The notes under the pieces: generated by a model
What the model saw: only the letters and a program-made list of their open reading frames with translations
What the model was told of the DNA's origin: nothing
Database searches by the model: none
Position numbers and translations under genes: made by a program
Part shown: in pieces, positions 1 to 9,053 of the stretch
How positions within the stretch are numbered: position 1 is the first letter of the stretch
Layout of the letters: the number at the start of each line of letters is the position of its first letter
From: an uncultured Chloroflexia bacterium
GTDB taxonomy: Bacteria; Chloroflexota; Limnocylindria; Limnocylindrales; CSP1-4
Length of the DNA stretch: 64,000 bases
Direction: 5' to 3'
Assembly (NCBI GenBank): GCA_963713975.1
Contig: OY970218.1
Coordinates: 1,728,001-1,792,000, forward strand

Positions 1-1449
1 TGAATCGGTCACCCCGAGCGTGTCACCGATCGCGGTCGCCTCGGAGCGGCCGTACTGCGCGCCGACGACGTTCCCGCCGACCCCGAACCCGGCCCCGGCC
101 ACACGCTCGCGCCGGTGGGTGAGCTCGCCGTCGGTTGTCTCCTCGCCGGTCGTGACCATGCCGAGCTCGCGCTTGCGATCGCGCGTCATCGTCTGGTCGC
201 CCTTCTGGGTCACGGTCGAGGCGTAGCTGCGGCCGGCGGACGACTCGCCGTACCCGGTGCCGGGCAGCCCGACGGCCTTCGCCGGCGAGCCGTCCGCAGC
301 CCCCTGACCGGCTCCCGGCGCGCGGCCCGCGTTGCCATCCGCCGAGTAGTTCGGGAGGTCCGTGGCCGGGCCCGCGTAGTCGGGCGAAACGGCGATCTGG
401 TTGCCGACCCGGAAGGCCTTCGGGTACGTATCGCCCGTGCCCTCGTCGAGGTCGTACATCTCCTCGTGCCATTCGTGGCTCGGGCTCCGGATCACCGAGC
501 CGGGACCGGCACGAAACGCTGCCTCGACCTCGGTGTCGGTGACGGGTGTCGCGGTGTCCCAGCGCTCGGGCCGGCCCACGCGCGGGCCACCTCGTCCGCC
601 GCCACCGCGAGCCGACGGCGCCACGGAGCCGACCGTCACCGAGCCGGGCTGCTGGTCCTTGGGCACGATCTGCGGTGGCGGCACGGTGGCCTGCCCGCCC
701 GTTCCCCCCAGGCCGACGTCGCCATTGGCGGCGTACTGGGGGAGCGTCGTGGCGGCCCCAGGGTAGTCGGGGTGAACGGCGATCTGATCTCCGACGCGGT
801 ACGCCTGCGGGATGCCGCCCGTGCCCTTGTCGAGGACGTAGATCTCGTTGTGCCAGGTCGCGGTCGGGCTGCGGATCACGCTGCCCGGATTGCTCTCGAA
901 CGCTGCCGCCACGTCGGTGTCGGTCACCGGAACGGCCTTGCCCCGTAGGGGGGCGTTCCGGGCGAGCGGTGGAGGCGGGCTCCCCGTTCCCGGGACCGTG
1001 GATGCAAGGGCATCGGGCGTGGCGACGGTGGGCGCGGGACCCGAAGTGGCCGGCGCCTGCCCTGCAAGCGTGTCGCCAAAGGCCGCCGCCGACCGGTCCT
1101 TCGGGCGCTCGTCTGGGGCCCGCTGCACGGCTCCCGAGATCGGCGCGGACGCTCGGGGCCGCGGCGCCATGCCGGGATGACCCGATCCCGGTCGCCGCGT
1201 GCCGTTTCGCGTCAACACTGGCATTGGCCAGTCGATCGAGCGACCCGGCTCATCGCCGGCAGCCAGGATGAGGCTCGCCACCGCCCGATTCCCGGCTGTG
1301 CGCTGGAGATCCAGGGCTGCCTGGAGCTCAGGAGAGCCTGAACTGTCGGCGGCCGCTGCGGTGTGGGTCGCGCGCAACCCGACCCCGCCCTGGGCCGTGT
1401 CCGGTTTCGAGCCCTGCGATCGCGCAGGGGGGGACGCTCGGTCGCGCAC
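1..1449 (-). CDS. Large hypothetical protein (partial, runs off the left edge) with N-terminal LQRTAGNRAV motif and a duplicated ~70-aa domain
   Basis: Not in the ORF track because it has no stop in the window. Manual translation from GTG 1449 is open to base 1: VRDRASPP...ELQAALDLQRTAGNRAVASL...PVTDTDVAAAFESNPGSVIRSP...PVTDTEVEAAFRAGPGSVIRSP...VTDS. Confidence 0.7.
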   Translation of the reverse strand, partial: MRDRASPPARSQGSKPDTAQGGVGLRATHTAAAADSSGSPELQAALDLQRTAGNRAVASLILAAGDEPGRSIDWPMPVLTRNGTRRPGSGHPGMAPRPRASAPISGAVQRAPDERPKDRSAAAFGDTLAGQAPATSGPAPTVATPDALASTVPGTGSPPPPLARNAPLRGKAVPVTDTDVAAAFESNPGSVIRSPTATWHNEIYVLDKGTGGIPQAYRVGDQIAVHPDYPGAATTLPQYAANGDVGLGGTGGQATVPPPQIVPKDQQPGSVTVGSVAPSARGGGGRGGPRVGRPERWDTATPVTDTEVEAAFRAGPGSVIRSPSHEWHEEMYDLDEGTGDTYPKAFRVGNQIAVSPDYAGPATDLPNYSADGNAGRAPGAGQGAADGSPAKAVGLPGTGYGESSAGRSYASTVTQKGDQTMTRDRKRELGMVTTGEETTDGELTHRRERVAGAGFGVGGNVVGAQYGRSEATAIGDTLGVTDS

Positions 1450-1610
1450 GATGGGACCGTCACACGGCGGCCGCCCATCGCGCAGCGCCTATGGGACAGA
1501 CGCAGGTGCAGCAGCGATTGCCCGAACGGGATCACGCGATTGCCCGATCGGGCAGCCGACCGCTGGAGACCGGCGCCGGGCCGCGCTGAGGGCTCCGCAT
1601 GCGCTCGCAT

Positions 1611-1735
1611 GACAAGGGCTACTGGCGCAACACGCGACGAGACCCCGTCCGATGGCCGGGGTCCCAAGCGACCGGCTGATCAGATGTGTCGCCTATGTCG
1701 CGACTCATGTGTCGCCTATGTCGCGACTCAGGACG
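1611..1735 (+). mobile_element. IS481-family remnant: last transposase codons plus right end
   Basis: GACAAGGGCTACTGGCGCAACACGCG... closely matches 28804-28928; two perfect 23-bp repeats ATGTGTCGCCTATGTCGCGACTC at 1684-1729. Confidence 0.85.
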
Positions 1736-1736
1736 A

Positions 1737-1775
1737 TGGCGCGCCCGGAGGGATTCGGACGCGCGAGAACAACAC
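1737..1775. repeat. tRNA-Arg 3'-end copy (att core) plus arm GACGCGCGAGAACAACAC
   Basis: TGGCGCGCCCGGAGGGATTCG (21 bp) identical to 28930-28950. Confidence 0.85.
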
Positions 1776-1815
1776 GGTCCAGGTGCCTGGTAACCAGCAG
1801 TCCCGAGGGTCGAGG

Positions 1816-2691
1816 TCAGGCGTCCGACGGCGCGCAAGCGCGGATGAGACCGGCGGCCGCGTCGGGCTGGTAGTAGACGAGGTGACCGACGCCGTCGACG
1901 GCGATTGCACTGGCGCCTCGAACGGCGGCGAGGTGGCTCGCAATCCGGCGGAACACCGGCATCGATTCGGTGCCATGCAGGAACCGGATGTCGGCCGCCG
2001 CTCGCGCCAGCTGACCCTCATCGACCACCTCGTGCGTGAGGATGAGGAGGTCGTCACGCACGAGCGCCTCGGCGTTCATCTCCTCTCTGGCGGCGTACCA
2101 GTCCTTGCCCGCCGGAGGGACGACGACCTGATCGCCTCCCGGTACCGACGCCACGGCGCGCCTGAAGCCGGCAAGGGCTGCCAGCCAGTCGCCCGGGCGT
2201 AGCGCGAGCTGCTCGTCGATGGCCCGGCGGACCGGCTCCTGGATCGCCGCGCCGTCCGGGACATGTCCGAAGAGCCCGGGCTCGAACACGAGCGCCCTCC
2301 GGACGAGTCCTGGGTGGCGGAGCGCGAACTGCAGCGCGACGATGCCGGCCGAGCTGGCGCCGAAGACGACGACGTCGTTGAGCGCGAGGGCGTAGAGCAG
2401 GGCCGCCGCGTCATCGGCATGCTGTGCCGCGCCGTCGCCCGGCCAGCCGTCGCGGCCGCTCCGCAGGGTTCCGCGCCGATCGTAGGTCACGACCGTGAAG
2501 TCAGGCAGGCGCTCGGCGATCGGCCGCCACACCTCGGCATCCTCGCCGCCACCGTGGATCAGGAGCACTGCGGGCCCGGCCCCGCGGACCTCGACATGCA
2601 GCGTCGTGCCGTGCACGCGGCGCACGCTGATGCGAGGGGGGAGGGCGCCCGACAGGGCATCGGGGTTCCCGTTCAGTCGAGGCTGGGACAT
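1816..2691 (-). CDS. Alpha/beta fold hydrolase
   Basis: LLIHGGG, YDRRG, GASSAG nucleophile elbow, C-terminal GVGH; start trimmed to ATG 2691. Confidence 0.85.
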   Translation of the reverse strand: MSQPRLNGNPDALSGALPPRISVRRVHGTTLHVEVRGAGPAVLLIHGGGEDAEVWRPIAERLPDFTVVTYDRRGTLRSGRDGWPGDGAAQHADDAAALLYALALNDVVVFGASSAGIVALQFALRHPGLVRRALVFEPGLFGHVPDGAAIQEPVRRAIDEQLALRPGDWLAALAGFRRAVASVPGGDQVVVPPAGKDWYAAREEMNAEALVRDDLLILTHEVVDEGQLARAAADIRFLHGTESMPVFRRIASHLAAVRGASAIAVDGVGHLVYYQPDAAAGLIRACAPSDA

Positions 2692-2907
2692 CGTGGCTTG
2701 CACCCCGCAAGGACGCGCGTCCGGATTGGGCCTAGCGCTCGGACTCGATGAGCTCCGTGATTCGGCGGATGCTGTTCTCGAGCGGCATCGGGTCCAGCGG
2801 GCTGGGCGCGCCGGGGATGTCCACGCTGATGGGGAGCCTGCTGCTGCCATCGCCCGCCGGCTCGATCGACTGCCGTCCGCGCATCCATTTCTGCGGTTCG
2901 CTTGACC

Positions 2908-2955
2908 GTGTTGTTGTTCTGGCGCGCCCGGAGGGATTCGGACGCGCGCCAACAG
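2908..2955. repeat. att-like site: arm GTGTTGTTGTTC + tRNA 3'-end core + second arm
   Basis: Core TGGCGCGCCCGGAGGGATTCG at 2920-2940 identical to the tRNA end. Confidence 0.85.
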
Positions 2956-3013
2956 CCTTTCGAGTGCCGATCGAGGGCCGCGATGAGTGGCTGGCCGCGG
3001 CGCGGCGGCTGGC

Positions 3014-3253
3014 GTGAGAGCACGCCGACCCTCGGGACGCGCGACAGACCGTGAGGTCGGCGTGGTCGCCGCGGTCCTGGTGGCCGGGTCGGAGAAGGCC
3101 GCCGCCCATCCCCTCGGCCTGTCGCACTCGACGGTGAAGCACCACCTGGCGAACGCGCGATCGAAGGTCGGCGCGGCGACGACAGCGCAGCTCGTGTGGA
3201 TCTTGGCTCCGCGCCTGTCGGGGCCGGACGGCATACCCCGAACGGACGAATAG
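3014..3253 (+). CDS. Small LuxR-type helix-turn-helix protein
   Basis: TDREVGVV...LGLSHSTVKHHLANARSKVGA resembles the LuxR C-terminal HTH; start GTG 3014 (2987 is an alternative). Confidence 0.7.
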   Translation: MRARRPSGRATDREVGVVAAVLVAGSEKAAAHPLGLSHSTVKHHLANARSKVGAATTAQLVWILAPRLSGPDGIPRTDE

Positions 3254-3298
3254 CGGTCGGCCGTGCGCCTCTCGCCCCGACCATCCGGACGGACAGCC

Positions 3299-3937
3299 TC
3301 ATCTGGACCGCGCCTTGAGCAACCCTCGCTCGTAGGCCACGGCGACCGCTGCGGCGCGGTCGCTGACGTCGAGCTTCGCATAGATGTGGAGCAGATGCGT
3401 CTTGACCGTCGCCTCCGAGATGAAGAGGCGGGCCGCCGCGCCGCGATTGGTTTCGCCCTGTGCGACCTGGGTCAGGACCTCGAGCTCCCGTTCGCTCAAC
3501 GTGTCCTGGGCGGGCGCTCGGAGCTGGGTGACGAGTCGCGTCGCCACCGATGGCGCGAGGACGGCCTCGCCGCGGGCCGCCGCATGGATCGCCCGGACGA
3601 GCTCCTCGCGCGGCGTGTCCTTGAGTAGGTAACCCGTCGCGCCGGCCTCGAGCGCTGGCACCACGTCGATGTCCGTGTCGTAGGTTGTGAGGACGAGCAC
3701 CCTCGCCTGAACGTTCCGCTCCGCCAGTGCCCGGATGGCCGCCGCACCGCCGAGGCCGGGCATGCGGAGGTCCATGAGGATCACATCGGGCTGGTTTGAC
3801 TCCGCCATCGCCAGAGCTTCCACGCCGTCCGACGCCTCACCCACGACCTCGAGATCCGGATCGTTGGCGAGCATCCCACGGAGGCCGTCCCGTACGACCG
3901 GATGGTCATCGACAATGAGCAGCCGGATCGAGCTCAC
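3299..3937 (-). CDS. NarL/LuxR-family response regulator
   Basis: LIVDDHPVVR, DVILMDLRMP, GYLLKD, C-terminal LSERELEVL...TVKTHL. Confidence 0.95.
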   Translation of the reverse strand: MSSIRLLIVDDHPVVRDGLRGMLANDPDLEVVGEASDGVEALAMAESNQPDVILMDLRMPGLGGAAAIRALAERNVQARVLVLTTYDTDIDVVPALEAGATGYLLKDTPREELVRAIHAAARGEAVLAPSVATRLVTQLRAPAQDTLSERELEVLTQVAQGETNRGAAARLFISEATVKTHLLHIYAKLDVSDRAAAVAVAYERGLLKARSR

Positions 3938-5175
3938 GTCGCGCTGGCCGATGAGCCCGCGGCGATCGCGGGGACGCGCGCGGAGACCGCCGTCCCGGCG
4001 CCAGGCTCCGATTCGATGGCTAGCGAGCCGGCGACTCTGGCAGCCCGCTGACGCATCCCGCTGAGGCCGAACCTTGATCCGTCCGCGGCCGCACGTTCGG
4101 GGATGGTGAACCCGACACCGTCGTCGCGGACGTCGAGGGTGACGACATCCCCCATGAACGACACCGTCAGCCAGGCCCGGGTGGCACCAGCGTGCTTCGC
4201 GACGTTGGCCAGGGCCTCCTGGGCGATCCGCAGGAGGGTAACCTCGATGTCCGGATGGAGGGCGATGACCTCGCCGGTCACCGTCACGTCGACCGGGATG
4301 GCGTTGATCTCGGACCACTCGCGCGCGACATTGGTCAGCGCCTCGGGCAATGTCCCGGATTCCAGCGCCTCGGGCACGGATGCCTCGAGCGAGCGGCGGG
4401 CCTCGGTCAGGCTCTCGCGGGCCAGCCGCTGGGCAGTCTCGAGGTGGCGATCCCGATCGGCCAGTCGGTCACGCGACTGATCGGCCGCCTGGAGCTGGGT
4501 GATGATCCCGGTCAGGCCCTGGGCGATGGTGTCGTGGATCTCACGGGCCATCCGCTGCCGCTCGTCGAGCACGCCGGCCTCGCGCGCCTGAGTCAGCAGC
4601 TGGGCATGCAGACCGGCGTTCTCCACCATCGCCGCCTCGAGCCGAGCGAGCGCCTGTCGGCGCTCCTCGGTCTGCTCGGCCACCCTCTCGCTGACGATGA
4701 CGCCGCCACCGAGCACGATCGTCTGGATGACGATGATCGCGAGGTAGAACGTCCACCCCTCGGGCGTGATCGGGAGGCCGAAGATGAGGGTGTTCACGAG
4801 GATCGATGTCGCGCCGACACCGACGACCGCGAGCGGGATCGGCCGCAGGATCGAGGCGTAGAAGAAGCCGCTGATCATGAAGATGAAGAACACCGGCTGC
4901 CGGAGCATCAGGATCGACGCGAAGACGAGCACCCCGACGAAGAACAGGTCGATCCGGAGCCGCGGATCCCGCCGGGGCGGCGGCAGCCGGCTGTACAGGA
5001 CGTAGATCCAGCCGGCAGCCGCGGCCGCGATCGCTAGGGTCGTCACTCTCCAGGCCGGATCCGGGTCGCTGCCGATCAGGGCGAGGACGGTCGCAAGCGC
5101 GAGGAACGCGTAGCCGCATCGGGCCACCAGGGCGTCTTCCAAGCGCTCCCAGGCCGGCTTCGTGGATTTGTTCAT
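3934..5175 (-). CDS. Membrane sensor histidine kinase (HisKA_3 type)
   Basis: ERQRMAREIHDTIAQ, QEALANVAKHA, DDGVGF, FGLSGM; N-terminal TM helices. Confidence 0.95.
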   Translation of the reverse strand: MNKSTKPAWERLEDALVARCGYAFLALATVLALIGSDPDPAWRVTTLAIAAAAAGWIYVLYSRLPPPRRDPRLRIDLFFVGVLVFASILMLRQPVFFIFMISGFFYASILRPIPLAVVGVGATSILVNTLIFGLPITPEGWTFYLAIIVIQTIVLGGGVIVSERVAEQTEERRQALARLEAAMVENAGLHAQLLTQAREAGVLDERQRMAREIHDTIAQGLTGIITQLQAADQSRDRLADRDRHLETAQRLARESLTEARRSLEASVPEALESGTLPEALTNVAREWSEINAIPVDVTVTGEVIALHPDIEVTLLRIAQEALANVAKHAGATRAWLTVSFMGDVVTLDVRDDGVGFTIPERAAADGSRFGLSGMRQRAARVAGSLAIESEPGAGTAVSARVPAIAAGSSASAT

Positions 5176-5224
5176 CCCGGAACGCTACCCCAGACCATCG
5201 GCGGCCGGATCGGCGGCGTGGCCG

Positions 5225-5959
5225 TCACTCCCATCGAAAGACGCGGACGGCGAGCGCGCCGAGCACGACGCTGATGATCGCCATGCCGACGAGCGGCCCC
5301 AGTTGTGGCGCCGTTCCCAGCCATGCGTCCTGGAGACCCTGCACGCCTGGAGGCGTGAACTCGCCGATCCGGACCAGGATGTCGGGCAGGAATACTCGTG
5401 GCAGGTAGACACCACCCAGGAACATCACGACGAAGAACAGCGGGATGGTCAGCGCCGTCGCCGTGCGGTTCGACGGCACGACCGCCGCGATGAGGAGCCC
5501 GATCGCGAACAGCGACGTCGTCCCGAGCAGGAACGCGGCGATGTAGCCGATGGGGTGCCCCGGCAGCGGGACGTCGAAGCCGACGCGGGCGACGACGACG
5601 AGCAGCAGCAGGGAGATGACCGCGGTGACCAGATAGATGACGAGCTGCGCCCCCAGCAGCCGGAGCGGGTGGGCTGGCGTTGTCGAGAGCCTGCGCAGGA
5701 CCCCCTTCTCGCGATACGTTGCCAGGCGGATCGGCAAGGTCTGGATGCCGAGCGTCCCCACGGAGATGACGACCAGCGACGGCACGAACACGTCGATGAA
5801 GCGCAGGCCACCGAGTGCGGGATCGGGCTCGGCCGGCCCGAAGATGGAACCGAAGATCAGCAGGATGACCGTCGGCAGAGCGATCGCCGCGAGCCACGAG
5901 ATGGGATCGCGGAACAGCAGCTTCGCCTCGGTCACGAAGAGCGACCGGAACTCGTTCAT
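5225..5959 (-). CDS. ABC-2 type exporter permease
   Basis: About six TM segments, YREKGVLRRL, C-terminal FRWE. Confidence 0.9.
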   Translation of the reverse strand: MNEFRSLFVTEAKLLFRDPISWLAAIALPTVILLIFGSIFGPAEPDPALGGLRFIDVFVPSLVVISVGTLGIQTLPIRLATYREKGVLRRLSTTPAHPLRLLGAQLVIYLVTAVISLLLLVVVARVGFDVPLPGHPIGYIAAFLLGTTSLFAIGLLIAAVVPSNRTATALTIPLFFVVMFLGGVYLPRVFLPDILVRIGEFTPPGVQGLQDAWLGTAPQLGPLVGMAIISVVLGALAVRVFRWE

Positions 5960-6882
5960 GACACCTCCTTCGCGGTGCGCGCTGACAGGCGGCCCGCGAG
6001 GGCGAGGAACGCGTCGTCGAGATTCGGCTGTTCGATCCTGAGGTCGTTGGCCACGATCCGGTGCCGGGCCAGGACCGATGTGACGGCCCCGATGAGGTTG
6101 CCGGTGCCGGTCACGACGACGACCGGGCCCGTCCGCTCGACGCTCCGAACCTCCGAAAGGTCAGTGAGCAATCGGTCGGCGATCGGCGCCGACGGTCGGA
6201 ACCGCAGCCGCTGCTCCGGGCTGACCATGGAGACGATGCCAGCCGGCGTATTGAGCGCGATCAGCCGGCCATCGCCGAAGACCGCGACGCGATCTGCAAG
6301 GCGCTCCGCTTCTTCCATCAGGTGGGTCACGAGGAGGACGGTGACGCCGCGGTCGCGGATCGACTCGATGAGCTGCCAGGTCTCGCGGCGAGCCTGCGGA
6401 TCCAGCCCGGTCGACAGCTCGTCCAGGATGGCGATCCTCGGCCGGCCGACGAGGGCGAGGGCGATCGACAGGCGCTGCTTCTGGCCGCCGGACAGATCCC
6501 GATAGGCCGAATCGCGCTTGTCGCCGAGACCGAGTCGGTCGATCAGCTCGCGCCGATCGGCCGGCTCCGCGTAGAACGACGCAAAGAGGTCGAGGGCCTC
6601 GCTGACGGTCATGCGATCGGGCAGCTCGCTTTCCTGGAGCTGGACGCCGACGAGGGTCCGGAGCCGCTCGCGATCTCGCCAGGGATCGAGCCCGAGGACC
6701 GTGATCGTGCCGCTATCGGCCGTTCTGAGACCCGCGATCAACTCGATCGTGGTCGTCTTGCCGGCGCCGTTCGGTCCGAGGATGCCGAAGATCTCGCCCT
6801 CCGCGATGGAGAACGACACGTTGTCGACGGCCGCGCGGTCGCCGTAGTGCTTCCGGAGGTTGGAGACCTCGATGACATTCAT
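5956..6882 (-). CDS. ABC exporter ATP-binding protein
   Basis: GPNGAGKTT, LSGGQKQR, ILDELSTGLDP; start ATG 6882. Confidence 0.95.
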   Translation of the reverse strand: MNVIEVSNLRKHYGDRAAVDNVSFSIAEGEIFGILGPNGAGKTTTIELIAGLRTADSGTITVLGLDPWRDRERLRTLVGVQLQESELPDRMTVSEALDLFASFYAEPADRRELIDRLGLGDKRDSAYRDLSGGQKQRLSIALALVGRPRIAILDELSTGLDPQARRETWQLIESIRDRGVTVLLVTHLMEEAERLADRVAVFGDGRLIALNTPAGIVSMVSPEQRLRFRPSAPIADRLLTDLSEVRSVERTGPVVVVTGTGNLIGAVTSVLARHRIVANDLRIEQPNLDDAFLALAGRLSARTAKEVS

Positions 6883-6950
6883 GAGACAAGGCTCGCCGAC
6901 TGGACCCAGCGAGCGCATCGGCCGCTTGGCCACAACCGCGTTGTCGAACC

Positions 6951-6979
6951 GGTGGACGGGGAGTCCACCATTCGGTGGA
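6951..6979. promoter_or_regulatory. Inverted repeats, probable response-regulator operator
   Basis: TCCACC-ATTC-GGTGGA (6964-6979) overlapping GGTGGAC..GTCCACC, upstream of the ABC/TCS operon. Confidence 0.35.
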
Positions 6980-7175
6980 TGCGCGACCTCGAACGCGTTG
7001 CCGACCTCGTACGTCGTTGCGATGCGCTGGACGGCGCATTGCACGGGTCAAGCGCTGCCGCTTCAGCGAGCGGTGGGCAAGGCAGCGCAACCTCGGCCAC
7101 GACGCCCATGGCCGCGACGGGCGTGATCCAGGAGCGGACCGCGGGAGCACGGACGACGGTCTCGGTGGGTGGGGC

Positions 7176-7553
7176 CTACCTTGGCCCGAGGGTCTCTACA
7201 TAGGTCCAGCTCCGTACGAACCAGGGTCGGAACTCGTCCGGACGCTGCAGCAGGCTGACGGGCACGACCACGAACTCCTTCATCTGCCGGCCGTACTGCA
7301 TCGAGAGGCGGGACTCGTATCGCTCGATGAAACGCTCCCGATCGGCGGCATCGAGTCGGATAGCGACGTCGCCTTCCTTGTCGATGAAGCTCGTCATGTG
7401 TCCGTTCCGTGAGGTGTACGGGTTCCCGGCGCCTTTGCGCTCGACGCCGGGCACGGAGGCGACGATTGCCTCGTACAGGACGAGGCGATCGGCGGGTCCC
7501 TGGTACGTGGCTCTGGCCACTGTCCTCTCCCCGTCCTCCTCGATCCCAAGCAT
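7176..7553 (-). CDS. Small conserved-type hypothetical protein (TfoX-like)
   Basis: PYTSRNGHMTSF...YGRQMKEFVVVP...WFVRSWTYV; family is an impression only. Confidence 0.55.
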   Translation of the reverse strand: MLGIEEDGERTVARATYQGPADRLVLYEAIVASVPGVERKGAGNPYTSRNGHMTSFIDKEGDVAIRLDAADRERFIERYESRLSMQYGRQMKEFVVVPVSLLQRPDEFRPWFVRSWTYVETLGPR

Positions 7554-7617
7554 GGCTTGATAATCGTAACGTGACCGTCGGATCGCCAACTACCGACGAC
7601 CGGGGGACCGCGGATGA

Positions 7618-7655
7618 ATGTCGCGACCCTGTCGCCGATGTCGTGACTCAAGACA
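7618..7655 (+). mobile_element. Degenerate IS481 right end
   Basis: ATGTCGCGACCCTGTCGCCGATGTCGTGACTCAAGACA resembles the 28877-28928 end and terminates in ACA. Confidence 0.7.
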
Positions 7656-7656
7656 T

Positions 7657-7673
7657 TGGCGCGCCCGGAGGGA
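7657..7673. repeat. tRNA-Arg 3'-end copy (att core)
   Basis: TGGCGCGCCCGGAGGGA identical to 28930-28946. Confidence 0.85.
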
Positions 7674-7820
7674 AGTGAGCGCGCTTTGCCAACCTTCGTG
7701 GTTGAGGGCGTCGAGCGCCTCGTCTCAGCCTTGCGAGCGGCGTGACTTCAGCAGCTGCTTCGCGATGACAACCCGGAGGTTGACGCACTGCCAGGCCCGC
7801 AGCGGGTCGCAATCGGTCCA

Positions 7821-7848
7821 TTGACAATGCATTGTAAATTGATATAGT
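7821..7848 (+). promoter_or_regulatory. Sigma70-type promoter with palindromic operator
   Basis: TTGACA-16bp-TATAGT; palindrome ACAATGCATTGT at 7824-7835; ATG 7 nt after the -10 element. Confidence 0.65.
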
Positions 7849-7855
7849 GACGCGG

Positions 7856-8209
7856 ATGACGACGACCTCCCAGCCTCCGGCGCTTCCCCCGCTCTCCCGG
7901 GCCGCGATGCACGTCCTGCTCGCCATCGGGCCTGAGGAACGCCACGGCTACGCGATCATGGGGGAGGTCAGCCGAATCACCGGTGGCTCGATCCGCCTCG
8001 GACCCGGCGCGATCTACACGACGATCCGGCGCCTGCTCGATGACGGCCTGATCGAGGAGTCCGACGAGCGGCCCGAACCCGAGATGGATGACCAACGGCG
8101 GCGCTACTACCGGCTGACCGCGGTCGGGCGGTCGGTGGCGACGGCCGAGGTCCGTCGCCTCGACGCCCTCGTGCGGGCGGCCAGCCCGTGGGCCCTCGAG
8201 TCGGGCTGA
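7856..8209 (+). CDS. PadR-family transcriptional regulator
   Basis: HGYAIM, LGPGAIYTTIRRL, RRRYYRLT. Confidence 0.92.
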   Translation: MTTTSQPPALPPLSRAAMHVLLAIGPEERHGYAIMGEVSRITGGSIRLGPGAIYTTIRRLLDDGLIEESDERPEPEMDDQRRRYYRLTAVGRSVATAEVRRLDALVRAASPWALESG

Positions 8210-9033
8210 TGGACCCGCTCGGCGCGTCCCACGAGCGCCTCTACCGCCGGCTCCTCCGCTGCTACCCGGCCACGTTCCGGGCGCGCTTCGGCGAGGAGAT
8301 GGTCCAGCTGTTTGGCGACCAGCTGCGGGATGCGCGAATGGCCCGGCATGGGACGGGCGCGACCGAGGTCTGGCTGCGGGCCATCGGCGACATCGTCGTC
8401 AGCGCAGCGTTCGAGCATGCACGCGGGGATCGGACGATCGGGCACTCGCTCTCGGTCGCGCCGTCCAGGTGGACCCGGCTCCTCGGGTTGGTGGGGATCG
8501 TGGGTGGGGCCTGGATCGTCGCGTGGCTCCTCCCGTTCATCCCGTGGGGTCCCGAGGGCGTGAACCTCAGGCTGATGGCGTTCAATCTCGGTGCGATCGC
8601 GATTGTCATCGCCCTCGCGCGGCGGCTGCCGTCGTCGGCACGTCTCGCCGCGGCGATCGCCTCCCTCGCGGTGCTCGCGAACGCCGCGTACCTGCTCATG
8701 GCCGTCCTGTCGCTCGGCAGACCCGTGCCACCGCAGCCGGATCCCGCCTTCCGGCTCACCTGGTTCTGGGTCGGCGTCGCAATGTGGTGGGCGGACGCGG
8801 CGTTCGGGTTCGTCGCGTTGCGGTTCGGCGGGATCGCCCGGCTGGGTGCCGCCGCGCTCGCCGTTGGGTCTGTCCTCGCATTCCTGGGCATGGACCGACT
8901 GGAGCTCGTCATCGGCCCGTACAAGGACCTCATCGTGCCGCTCGCGCTGCTCGGGATCACGCTCAACGGCGTCGGCTGGATCCTGCTCGGGCTCGACGTG
9001 GCCACCCGTCGGCGCCCGGTCCCGGCTTCGTAG
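8209..9033 (+). CDS. PadR-associated membrane protein
   Basis: LYRRLLRCYPATFRARFGEEM N-terminus typical of PadR partners; several TM helices; TGATG coupling. Confidence 0.8.
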   Translation: MDPLGASHERLYRRLLRCYPATFRARFGEEMVQLFGDQLRDARMARHGTGATEVWLRAIGDIVVSAAFEHARGDRTIGHSLSVAPSRWTRLLGLVGIVGGAWIVAWLLPFIPWGPEGVNLRLMAFNLGAIAIVIALARRLPSSARLAAAIASLAVLANAAYLLMAVLSLGRPVPPQPDPAFRLTWFWVGVAMWWADAAFGFVALRFGGIARLGAAALAVGSVLAFLGMDRLELVIGPYKDLIVPLALLGITLNGVGWILLGLDVATRRRPVPAS

Positions 9034-9053
9034 ATGCCGCCGACGCGCAGTTT

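Noticed and set aside
1684-1729. 23-bp direct repeats as a possible CRISPR array
   Set aside because: No spacers and no cas genes; they match the IS481 subterminal repeats at 28877-28922
2732-2850. Short minus-strand reading ending ...ENSIRRITELIESER
   Set aside because: May be a gene fragment but has no clear start or recognisable family
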